DNA from: Candidatus Woesearchaeota archaeon
Lineage (GTDB): Archaea > Nanobdellota > Nanobdellia > Pacearchaeales > GW2011-AR1
Direction of reading: 5' to 3'
Assembly: GCA_964363345.1 (NCBI GenBank)
Contig: CAYIHY010000001.1
Span: forward strand, 7,483-71,482
DNA: 64,000 nucleotides
The notes under the pieces were generated by a model. It worked only from the letters and a program-made list of their open reading frames with translations, had not been told where the DNA came from and did no database searches. This document shows, piece by piece, positions 36,838 through 45,484 of the stretch. A program made the position numbers and the translations under genes. Each line of letters starts with the position of its first letter. Position 1 is the stretch's first letter.

Positions 36838-38805
36838 ATGATGTATAATTGGAAAAGAAATTGCAGGTATTTTAAAGGGACAACTCCTTGCGATATGGTT
36901 CTTGAAAATCAAGTTGATAATTGTGAGGGATGTTCTTTTTGTGAACCAATTAAAAAAATATTAATTATTAAATATGGTGCTGCAGGAGACATTCTTCGGA
37001 CAACACCGATACTTTCTGCAATAAAAAAGAAATTCGGAGAGAATACTCAAATTTATTGGATTACTAATGAAAGAGATATAATGTTAATTAAAGATAATCC
37101 CGAGATAGATTACAAACTTGTTTTTAATCATCAAAATATCAGGAGATTAAATTTAATAAATTTTCATGCATTATTTAGTTTAGAGGCGGATAAAGAAATT
37201 TTAGCAGTTGCTAATTCAATAAATGCTGAAAAAAAATATGGATTTTTTTTAGACGAAGGAGATAACCCTGCATGTTTTAACAAAGGGGCAGAAGGTTACT
37301 TAGAAAAAATATGGTCTAATAGATTAAATAAAGGAAATAGAAGAACTTACCAAGAATTTCTGTTTGAAATATGCGAATTAGAATATCATAAAGAAGATTA
37401 TTCTTTTTATCTTGATAATTATGAAAAAAAATTATCAGAACAATTAAAAAAAGAAAACTCTCCGATCATCGGAGTGAGTATTGCAGTAGGAAGTAAATGG
37501 CCTTCAAAGCATATTTCAAATGAAAAAAAAATTGAATTGATAGAAAAACTACACAAACTGAATTTAGGAAAAATAATGATTATAAGTGGAATTCAGGAAA
37601 AAGAACTTAAAGAAAATATTCTAAACAAATTAAAGGAAAAGGGAATAAATGATATAATTTCTTGGGAAGGAAATACAACTGCGGATCATATAGCAGAAGT
37701 TGAATCTTGTGATACAGTTATTTGTGGAGACAGTTTATCTATGCATATCGCTCTTGCATTAAAAAAGAAAGTAATCGGATTATTCTTATGCACCCCCCCA
37801 TGGGAAATAGAAGATTATGGGAGGATGACCAAAATTACAAGCCCATTACTAGATAAGTATTTTTTTACAGATCAGTATGAAGAAGAATTAGTGAATAGTA
37901 TAAGTGTAGAAGAAATAATAAATGAATTAGAACTAAAAAAAATTTTTAGAAATATAAATGAAATTAAGGACTTGATAACTAATCTTGAAAAGAAAGGAAA
38001 AAAAGTAATGATAACAAATGGGTGTTTTGATTTGCTTCATGCAGGGCATATAACCTTTCTCGAATATGCAAAGAAACAATGTGATGTTTTGATTGTTGCT
38101 ATTAACTCAGATAAATCTGTGCGAGCATACAAAGGACAAAATCGTCCAATAAATAACGAAGATTTCAGAGCATATCTGCTTTCAAAAATTAAAGATGTAG
38201 ATTATGTCTATATATTTGATGAAACAAAATTTGAAGGAACGCTTAGAGAATTAAAACCAAAATTATATGCAAAAGGAAGAGATTATACTTTGGAAACAAT
38301 AGAACAAACCGAAAGAGAAATAATTGAAAGTTATGGAGGAAAAATAATTATTGTTAAACATCCTATCGAAATTACGACTTCAGAAATTATAAAAAAAATG
38401 AATGAACCTGAAGTTAGAGTGGTTAATGCAATAATAAAAAATCCTTTGAATGAGACTGTTCTTGTTATAAAAAGAAAAAATGAGAGTATCCATGAAGGAA
38501 AATGGGCTTTTCCCGGAGGAATTGTTAAAGAGGGAGAATCAAATGAAATCGCATTAAAAAGAGAAATTCAAGAAGAAGTTGGATTAAAAATAAATAAAAT
38601 TATTAAAAAAATTTCAGAATATACCTACACGCGACCTGACGGAAAATTCACTTTAGGGATTTCTTATTTAGTTGAAGCGGAAGGATATGTCATTATAGAT
38701 AAAAATGAAGTTTCAGATAGCAAATGGGTTACAGTTGAAGAATTTGAAAATTTAGACCACATTGAAGGATTAGAAAAAGAAATATTCGATGCATTTTATT
38801 TGTAA
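36838..38805 (+). CDS. Tri-domain fusion: GT9 heptosyltransferase-like + RfaE-domain-II-like cytidylyltransferase (heptose-1-P adenylyltransferase-like) + Nudix hydrolase
   Basis: GT9: KILIIKYGAAGDILRTTPILSAI ... VICGDSLSMHIALALKKKVIGLF. Adenylyltransferase: KVMITNGCFDLLHAGHITFLEYAKKQCDVLIVAINSDKSVRAYKGQNRP. Nudix: GKWAFPGGIVKEGESNEIALKREIQEEVGL. Confidence 0.7.
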   Translation: MMYNWKRNCRYFKGTTPCDMVLENQVDNCEGCSFCEPIKKILIIKYGAAGDILRTTPILSAIKKKFGENTQIYWITNERDIMLIKDNPEIDYKLVFNHQNIRRLNLINFHALFSLEADKEILAVANSINAEKKYGFFLDEGDNPACFNKGAEGYLEKIWSNRLNKGNRRTYQEFLFEICELEYHKEDYSFYLDNYEKKLSEQLKKENSPIIGVSIAVGSKWPSKHISNEKKIELIEKLHKLNLGKIMIISGIQEKELKENILNKLKEKGINDIISWEGNTTADHIAEVESCDTVICGDSLSMHIALALKKKVIGLFLCTPPWEIEDYGRMTKITSPLLDKYFFTDQYEEELVNSISVEEIINELELKKIFRNINEIKDLITNLEKKGKKVMITNGCFDLLHAGHITFLEYAKKQCDVLIVAINSDKSVRAYKGQNRPINNEDFRAYLLSKIKDVDYVYIFDETKFEGTLRELKPKLYAKGRDYTLETIEQTEREIIESYGGKIIIVKHPIEITTSEIIKKMNEPEVRVVNAIIKNPLNETVLVIKRKNESIHEGKWAFPGGIVKEGESNEIALKREIQEEVGLKINKIIKKISEYTYTRPDGKFTLGISYLVEAEGYVIIDKNEVSDSKWVTVEEFENLDHIEGLEKEIFDAFYL

Positions 38806-38861
38806 TACAAATTTAACCTTCATAATCTTTTTATATTCATTTTTAAATAATTTAAGTACAG

Positions 38862-39731
38862 ATGATAAAAATAGTTTTTTGTGATATAGATGGATGTATG
38901 GGAGATTTTGTAAAGCCAGAGTATCCTCTAAAACAGGATTTGTATGAAAATAGAGAACAATTAGAAGAAATACAAAAAAAAGCTTATCAGATTTCTCTTG
39001 TAGAACCAGAAATTTTATTTGGGGTTTGTACAGGTAGGTCATTTTATCAAGCAGACCATATCATGAAGAAAACAGGATGTCAAGGACCATCTATTTTTGA
39101 AATGGGAAATGTTATTTTTGATCCAAAAGAAGGAGTTTATAACTTGTTTGAAAAATATGACCGATTTAAAGCAAATATCGAATTGCTAAATGCCTTTATT
39201 CAATGGAAAAATAAAATGAAAGGAAGTGAAGAACAACTAAAAAGGAAGTTTCCAAACTCAGGATTAAGACAGATGAAAGATAGAACATGTATGCTGACTT
39301 ACGAATTTGAAGAAAAAATAGGGGAAGAGTTATACCAACATATTTTAGAGATTATACCATCTCAATTTAAAGAAGCGATAGATATGTCTCTTTTAAGAGT
39401 TTCTTTGTCTAAAAATGCAATAGACATACTTCCCAATATTACAAAAGGGGATGCAGTTACTTATTTGATTAATCTCTATGGGATATCTAAAGAAGAAGTT
39501 TTAGCGATAGGAGATTCAAGTCATAGCGATTTGGATTTACTTAAATCTGCCGGGCTGGTTGCTTGTCCTGATAACGCAGATTTAGAGTTAAAGAAGTATG
39601 TTTTTGAACATAATGGATTTGTTGTTCCAAACAGTTCAAATAAAGGGCTGATAAATATTCTTGACTTAGTCGAGAATCTTATTAAATTTACCAACTTAAA
39701 AAATGAATCTAAACTTGTTAGACAGATTTAA
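38862..39731 (+). CDS. HAD-superfamily phosphatase, subfamily IIB-like (Cof/MPGP-like)
   Basis: IVFCDIDGCMGDF (motif I DxD) and C-terminal AIGDSSHSDLDLLKSAG (motif IV); 289 aa. Confidence 0.5.
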   Translation: MIKIVFCDIDGCMGDFVKPEYPLKQDLYENREQLEEIQKKAYQISLVEPEILFGVCTGRSFYQADHIMKKTGCQGPSIFEMGNVIFDPKEGVYNLFEKYDRFKANIELLNAFIQWKNKMKGSEEQLKRKFPNSGLRQMKDRTCMLTYEFEEKIGEELYQHILEIIPSQFKEAIDMSLLRVSLSKNAIDILPNITKGDAVTYLINLYGISKEEVLAIGDSSHSDLDLLKSAGLVACPDNADLELKKYVFEHNGFVVPNSSNKGLINILDLVENLIKFTNLKNESKLVRQI

Positions 39732-40698
39732 AGAAAGAAAAATTTTAGTAGTGGGAGATTATTGTATTGACAAATTTTATTTTGGAGAACCAAGAGGAAT
39801 TTCTCCTGAAGCACCAATCTTAAGAAATGTGGGGAGCAGGAATGATATAAAAATAAATCCAGGAATGGCGGGAAATATCGCTGCTGGAGTTAATGCTCTT
39901 GGAGCAAAATGTTATGTGGTGGGGGTTATTGGAGGTGATGGAGACAGTGCGAGTAGAGAAATGATAAATATTTTTAACAAAATGGGAGTAAATACAGGAG
40001 GAATGATTTTACAAAAAGATAGGACTACTCCAGAATTTATTCGCATAGTTTCAGGAGGTATAAAATACCCTTCTCAACAGATAATCAGACACGACGTAGA
40101 AAATACTGCTCCAATAACTAAGTCAACAATAAAAAAACTAGAATCTTTTATTTATAATCAAATAAATGAAATTGGGGGATTTGATGCAATAATTGTGGGG
40201 GACTATAACGAATTTGGAGAAGGGATAATTACAAATTATTTGCTCAATAAACTAATAGAAATTTCTAGCGATAAAAGAATATTTTCTATCGGAGATTCAA
40301 GAAAAAATTTTAAATCTTTTCATGATTTTACTTGCATAAAACCAAATCTTAACGAAGCAAGACAATTAGAAAAAACAAAAGGTATGTCTTTAGATAATCT
40401 TGCCCTTAAAATTACCAAGGATTTAAAATTAAAGGCAGTTTTGATTACTAAAGATAAAGAAGGAATGTATCTCCTAACAAATTCTGGAATAAAAAAAGAT
40501 TTTCCTGCTTATGCTAAGGAAGTAGTAGATGTTACGGGAGCAGGAGATAGTGTAACAAGTGCATTTACACTTGCATTAACTTCAGGATTTGGTTATGAAC
40601 AATCTGCACAATTAGCAAGTTATGCCGCAGCGATCTCTGTATCCAAGCCAGGAGTTAGCGTTGTTTCATTGGAAGAATTAAAAAAATTTACACTTTAA
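39703..40698 (+). CDS. PfkB-family sugar kinase, RfaE domain I-like (D-glycero-beta-D-manno-heptose 7-phosphate kinase candidate)
   Basis: ILVVGDYCIDKFYFGE (compare RfaE ILVVGDVMLDRYW.G) and VDVTGAGDSVTSAF (the PfkB DxTGAGD signature). Confidence 0.75.
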   Translation: MNLNLLDRFKERKILVVGDYCIDKFYFGEPRGISPEAPILRNVGSRNDIKINPGMAGNIAAGVNALGAKCYVVGVIGGDGDSASREMINIFNKMGVNTGGMILQKDRTTPEFIRIVSGGIKYPSQQIIRHDVENTAPITKSTIKKLESFIYNQINEIGGFDAIIVGDYNEFGEGIITNYLLNKLIEISSDKRIFSIGDSRKNFKSFHDFTCIKPNLNEARQLEKTKGMSLDNLALKITKDLKLKAVLITKDKEGMYLLTNSGIKKDFPAYAKEVVDVTGAGDSVTSAFTLALTSGFGYEQSAQLASYAAAISVSKPGVSVVSLEELKKFTL

Positions 40699-40706
40699 AA
40701 AAGAAA

Positions 40707-41201
40707 ATGAGAGATAAAATAAGAACATTAGATGAATTAAAAGAAATAACTTCTAAGTATAAACAAGAATCCAAAAAAATAGGAACAACAAATGGTTATT
40801 TTGATTTGCTTCATATAGGCCACATTTATATGCTTGAGAGTGCTAAATCTTTAACCGACATATTAATTGTTTTAATAAATAGCGATGATTCTACAAAGAA
40901 ATTAAAGGGTTCAAAAAGACCAATAGTCCCAGAAAAAGAAAGAGCAGAGATGCTTTCTTCATTAGAATGTGTAGATTATGTTACAATATTTGATGGAGAT
41001 AACCCTTTAGATTACATACGAGAATTAAAACCTGATATCCACATAAAAGGAGGAATTTTTGAACAGGACAGGATAAAAACAGAAAGAGATTTAATCGAAT
41101 CCTGGGGTGGAAGACATATAACTCTCCCCTTAGTTGAAGGATATTCTACAACCAATCTTATAGATAAAATAATTAAGGCTTATGAAAACAATTCATCATA
41201 A
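40707..41201 (+). CDS. Cytidylyltransferase-family protein, RfaE domain II-like (heptose 1-phosphate adenylyltransferase candidate)
   Basis: IGTTNGYFDLLHIGHIYMLESAKSLTDILIVLINSDDSTKKLKGSKRP; 164 aa. Confidence 0.8.
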   Translation: MRDKIRTLDELKEITSKYKQESKKIGTTNGYFDLLHIGHIYMLESAKSLTDILIVLINSDDSTKKLKGSKRPIVPEKERAEMLSSLECVDYVTIFDGDNPLDYIRELKPDIHIKGGIFEQDRIKTERDLIESWGGRHITLPLVEGYSTTNLIDKIIKAYENNSS

Positions 41202-41214
41202 AAACAAATAAAAA
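41195..41214 (+). repeat. 20-bp motif ATCATAAAAACAAATAAAAA, copy 1, immediately upstream of the ATG at 41215
   Basis: Identical 20-mer recurs at 42310..42329. Confidence 0.4.
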
Positions 41215-42255
41215 ATGGAAAATAAAAAAAATTTATTTGATAAAACAGAATTAAAAACTATTCCCCTTAGTTTAAGAGAAAGCAAATCTTCAATAGAAAA
41301 TATAGTTGTTAATCCAAATTCAAAATTATATCCTGCCTCAGATGACAGGATAGAACATATTGCTGAACAAATAATTTCTGCAAGAAAAAAAAATAAACCT
41401 GTAATATTAACTTATGGAGCACATTTAATAAAAAATGGACTAGGGTTAGTTTTAAGGAAAATGATTGAAGAAAATATAGTTACTCATCTGGCAACAAATG
41501 GTGCAGGCTCTATCCACGACTGGGAATTTGCCTTTCAGGGTAAGACTGAAGAAGATGTTAAAAAAGCAATTTCCGTAGGGCAATTTGGTTTAGGGGAAGA
41601 AACTGGAAAATATATCAACTTAGCTCTTATTTCTGGAGCAGAAAGAGGAATTGGATATGGAGAATCAATTTGTGAAATGATTCATAATGAAAAATTAATT
41701 CTCTCCGGTATAAAAAATGATAAATTAGAAAGGCTATCAATAAAAAGAGAAGATGTTTCTTTGTTGCATCCTTACAAACATTATTCTGTCCAAGAGGCTT
41801 CATTCGGAAAAATTCCCTTAACAATTCATCCCTGTTTCGGTCAGGACATAATTTACACACACCAATTAAGTGATGGTGCATCAATTGGAAAATGCGCAGA
41901 AATAGATTTTTTAAAATTTGTTGATAGTGTAAGTAAACTAGAAAACGGGGGGGTTTATCTTTCTGTGGGTTCTGCAATAATGTCTCCGATGATTTTTGAA
42001 AAATCTTTATCTATGGCGAGAAATATTGCGATTCAAAAAGGAAAAACCATTGAAGATTTTATGATTGTTGTGAATGATATTCAGGAAGGGAAATGGGACT
42101 GGAGTAAAGGGGAACCTCCAAAAGATAACCCTGCTTATTATCTACGTTTTTGCAAAACTTTTAATCGTATGGGTGCAAGAGAACTGCATTATATTCAAGT
42201 GGATAATAGAAATTTCATTTTATCCCTTTACCAATCTATAAAAAATAAAAAATGA
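41215..42255 (+). CDS. Hypothetical Rossmann-like protein (weak resemblance to deoxyhypusine-synthase-like fold); a candidate for the missing isomerase step
   Basis: 346 aa; YGAHLIKNGLGLVLRKMIEENIVTHLATNGAGSIHDWEF. The family assignment is uncertain. Confidence 0.3.
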   Translation: MENKKNLFDKTELKTIPLSLRESKSSIENIVVNPNSKLYPASDDRIEHIAEQIISARKKNKPVILTYGAHLIKNGLGLVLRKMIEENIVTHLATNGAGSIHDWEFAFQGKTEEDVKKAISVGQFGLGEETGKYINLALISGAERGIGYGESICEMIHNEKLILSGIKNDKLERLSIKREDVSLLHPYKHYSVQEASFGKIPLTIHPCFGQDIIYTHQLSDGASIGKCAEIDFLKFVDSVSKLENGGVYLSVGSAIMSPMIFEKSLSMARNIAIQKGKTIEDFMIVVNDIQEGKWDWSKGEPPKDNPAYYLRFCKTFNRMGARELHYIQVDNRNFILSLYQSIKNKK

Positions 42256-42309
42256 ATCCCCCGATGCAAATTTCTTAGCATATGACCTGCTTCATGCAAG
42301 TTATTTTAT

Positions 42310-42329
42310 ATCATAAAAACAAATAAAAA
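42310..42329 (+). repeat. 20-bp motif ATCATAAAAACAAATAAAAA, copy 2, 21 bp upstream of the ATG at 42351
   Basis: Exact repeat of 41195..41214. Confidence 0.4.
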
Positions 42330-42350
42330 CCCTCGATTAATCAATTATTT

Positions 42351-44084
42351 ATGGAAGAAATAAGCGGGGAAATTAAGCCTTCTGCTAATGAAAAAGAGAT
42401 TGAAAAAGGAAAATCAAAAATAAAAAATTTCTTTTTGGGTTGGGTAAAAGATAATTATGATAAAATTTTCATTGGGATTCTAATTCTTGCTTTTATAATT
42501 CGTCTTTGGATTTTTTTCAAAACAATGAATCAGCCATTCTGGTGGGATGAAGCAGATTATCTTTCTGCCGCTAAAAATTGGGGATTAGGATTGGACATTC
42601 GCGATGTTTGGTATTACCGAAGAGGCTTTTTATTCCCTTTAATTGGAGCATTGATATTCCGATTGGGGCTGGGAGAGATTGGAATGAGATTTTTAGTTGT
42701 TCTTTTCTCAACAGGGATAGTTGCAGTTTCATATTTTATAATTTCAAAGATGTTCAATAAAAAACTCGCTTTGATTACAAGCCTAGTTCTAAGTTTATCT
42801 TGGATATTATTATTTTTTACAGGAAGAGTTCTGACTGATATTCCTGCCGCATTTTTTGCCTTATTGTCTCTTTTGTTTTTCTGGAAAGGCTATGTATTAA
42901 AAGAAGGAAATAAATTTCTTTACCTATTCGGTTTATTTCTGGCACTCGCAGTATTAACAAGAATGCAGTCTTTTATGTTCATTCCCCCATTTTTAATTTT
43001 TATTTTAATTCGAGAAAAATCAAAAATATTCAAAAATAAACATCTGTGGATTACGTTAGGAATATTTTTATTATTACTTGTTCCCCAATTTGTTTTATAT
43101 TCTATGCATTATGGTAATGCTTTTAACGATTTAGCTGCCCATTATCTAGGAATCGGCGCCTCATCTAATTCAACTTATGCTGGAGACCAAAGAGCATTTT
43201 CCTTAGCAACTTTTAATTATTTTGCAAATCTCCCTTACATGCTTTCCACAATCATTTTTGGCCTATTAATAATCGGGGCGATATATTTCTTTACAGATTT
43301 ATTCATCGGCATTGATAAAATTTTCAAAAATGAAATCCTCCAAAAAAAATTATTTGTCTTAATGTGGGTTCTTTCCTTATTTTTAATTATGGGTTATATC
43401 GGTTCAGTTTCTTATGTAGAACAGAGGTATATCACTGCAGGATTGCCATTTTTATTCATGATTGCAGTTTTCCCAATTATTTTTGTTAGTGACTTTTTAA
43501 TGAAACAGAATAAACTAAAAAAAATAATTCCCGGAATTCTTTTTATTGTTTTGATTGCTTTGATGATTCCGAATTTGATATTATCAAATTCTCTTTTGAA
43601 TCAGCAGGCAGACTCATATTCGCAGGTTAAAAAAGTTGGGGAGCTTATGAAATCAGATTCTAATACTCGGGATATAATTATGTCGACCTCTCTTCCCCAA
43701 ATAACTTATTATTCTGAACGTTCAACGTATCCCTATGATATCCAACATGATGGTGTCGCTAAAGGGGATAAGTCCCTATTAAACTATAGCGATGGACAGA
43801 AAGGATTTGAAGAATTCTTGAAGAATAAACAACCTAAGTATTTGATGGCTTCTGTTTTTGAAACTGATCCAGACTGGATTTTAAAAAAAGGTACTTATAA
43901 CGAGGATAACTATATTATCTTACCCTTTTTTAATTCATCAATGTCTTATAACTCCCAAGGACAGATAACTTCGTTAGACTTAAATCAAGAAGTAAAAAAA
44001 GATGGTATGACTCTAACCTTATTCTATCCTAAGACTTCCGGGCAGATTAATGGAATATTTATTTACAAAGTGGAATATTCTTAA
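42351..44084 (+). CDS. GT-C-fold membrane glycosyltransferase of the GT39/GT83 type (PMT/ArnT-like dolichyl- or undecaprenyl-phosphate-sugar-dependent transferase) with a C-terminal soluble domain
   Basis: N-terminal FWWDEADYLSAAKNWGLGLDIR (the extracytoplasmic D-E loop motif of PMT/ArnT); GRVLTDIPAAFFALLSLLFFWKGY; >10 TM helices; 577 aa. Confidence 0.55.
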   Translation: MEEISGEIKPSANEKEIEKGKSKIKNFFLGWVKDNYDKIFIGILILAFIIRLWIFFKTMNQPFWWDEADYLSAAKNWGLGLDIRDVWYYRRGFLFPLIGALIFRLGLGEIGMRFLVVLFSTGIVAVSYFIISKMFNKKLALITSLVLSLSWILLFFTGRVLTDIPAAFFALLSLLFFWKGYVLKEGNKFLYLFGLFLALAVLTRMQSFMFIPPFLIFILIREKSKIFKNKHLWITLGIFLLLLVPQFVLYSMHYGNAFNDLAAHYLGIGASSNSTYAGDQRAFSLATFNYFANLPYMLSTIIFGLLIIGAIYFFTDLFIGIDKIFKNEILQKKLFVLMWVLSLFLIMGYIGSVSYVEQRYITAGLPFLFMIAVFPIIFVSDFLMKQNKLKKIIPGILFIVLIALMIPNLILSNSLLNQQADSYSQVKKVGELMKSDSNTRDIIMSTSLPQITYYSERSTYPYDIQHDGVAKGDKSLLNYSDGQKGFEEFLKNKQPKYLMASVFETDPDWILKKGTYNEDNYIILPFFNSSMSYNSQGQITSLDLNQEVKKDGMTLTLFYPKTSGQINGIFIYKVEYS

Positions 44085-44610
44085 TCTTTTTTGGTCCAAG
44101 TAAAAATATTTTTGTGACTGTAAAAAAATTAACTTTCTTTTTTACCTCAAAATTTTCTTTTAAGATTTTTAGAATGTCTTCATAAGAAGTTATGTGCTCT
44201 TTAGGAACTTCTGTTTTCCCGACGAGTTTTCTCACTTTTCTTGAAATAAAATTTCCGGTAGGAATTGAAACAACTAACTGGAAGTTATCATTCATTTCCT
44301 TAAAATTGTTTATAGTCCTCCTTATCTCTGAAGGGAGAATATGTTCAAATACATCAAGACAGAAAATTTTAGTGGGTTTTAATGTTCTGTAATCTTTAAT
44401 AAAAGTTTTATCTGGATTTATATCATATCCGATTATGTTAAATCCCTTAAGTTTTTTTTCAAGCCATCCTGCTCCGCAGCCAAAATCAAGAATTATATCT
44501 TCTTTTTTTAAATTAGCGATTTTTATGGAAGCATCAATCTTTCTTTTAAAATAAGTTCGTGTCAAAAAATTCTTGTTTTCATATGTATTTTCTAAAAGAT
44601 TATTTTCCAT
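44059..44610 (-). CDS. Class I SAM-dependent methyltransferase
   Basis: ILDFGCGAGWLEKKL (motif I); 183 aa. Confidence 0.6.
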   Translation of the reverse strand: MENNLLENTYENKNFLTRTYFKRKIDASIKIANLKKEDIILDFGCGAGWLEKKLKGFNIIGYDINPDKTFIKDYRTLKPTKIFCLDVFEHILPSEIRRTINNFKEMNDNFQLVVSIPTGNFISRKVRKLVGKTEVPKEHITSYEDILKILKENFEVKKKVNFFTVTKIFLLGPKKIKNIPLCK

Positions 44611-45481
44611 TTTCGTTTTTCTTATTTTTTATTTCTAAAAATATTTTATGCAACTCTTCAACTTTAAGATTCTTTTTAATTCCTTCTCTGTTTAATAAAT
44701 AAATCGCTTTCATTTCTTTGTCTTTCCCGTCATATCCATGCATGGCTTTGACAGGATTTTTCCCCTGCCAATAATTGGGGAGTATTAAGACCCCAGAATT
44801 TGCGAGAAAAATATGCTCCCCATACTTTTTATCTTTCCATTCAATCCATTTTCCGTCTCTGGAATCAAATTGTGGTTTTTGTCCCCAATACCTTGCCATA
44901 TCCGAATCAATAAAACAATTATCTGTTTTTGGGACAGAAATATTTTTTTTAATGTCTATCATCCCATGGTCAGAAAGGATTATATCAAACTTCATCCTTA
45001 AAATCTTTTCATCAACTTTTTTTATTGCGGATATTATTTCTTTGCTTTTCGTCCCATATTTGTGCCCGACAATATCTAAGTCCTGAATATAAAAATATTC
45101 AACTCCTTTAATTTTGTAAAATGGCTCATTAACTGAAAAATCAAATTTCCACAATTCTTTCAGAGGGATATTCTCGGTTCTGAATAATTCATATCTTCTG
45201 ACAAATCGAGGGAAATTAATCATGGAATCAACAATAAATCTTCCAACCTTTCCAAATTTTTCCAGAAATAAAAAATGTTTAATAAATTTTAAAGAAGAAT
45301 TTTCCTTCTTGTAAATCAAAGCAAGTTTGTCTGAACTTCCTTTAAAAAAAATTTCCATTCCCCCTTCATGCCCCGTTGGCATTTCCAGTTCCCCCCATTG
45401 GAATTTTTTTGTCAACGAAGAAAGATAAGGTGCATACTCAAGATATTCTGGCTTGAATGCATCTATCATGACTACCTTCAT
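44600..45481 (-). CDS. Alkaline-phosphatase-superfamily metalloenzyme (nucleotide pyrophosphatase/phosphodiesterase- or phosphomutase-like)
   Basis: N-terminal MKVVMIDAFKPEYLEY (compare the V.IDALRPDYL of AP-superfamily enzymes) and ILSDHGM (DHG metal motif). Confidence 0.4.
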   Translation of the reverse strand: MKVVMIDAFKPEYLEYAPYLSSLTKKFQWGELEMPTGHEGGMEIFFKGSSDKLALIYKKENSSLKFIKHFLFLEKFGKVGRFIVDSMINFPRFVRRYELFRTENIPLKELWKFDFSVNEPFYKIKGVEYFYIQDLDIVGHKYGTKSKEIISAIKKVDEKILRMKFDIILSDHGMIDIKKNISVPKTDNCFIDSDMARYWGQKPQFDSRDGKWIEWKDKKYGEHIFLANSGVLILPNYWQGKNPVKAMHGYDGKDKEMKAIYLLNREGIKKNLKVEELHKIFLEIKNKKNENGK

Positions 45482-45484
45482 TTT

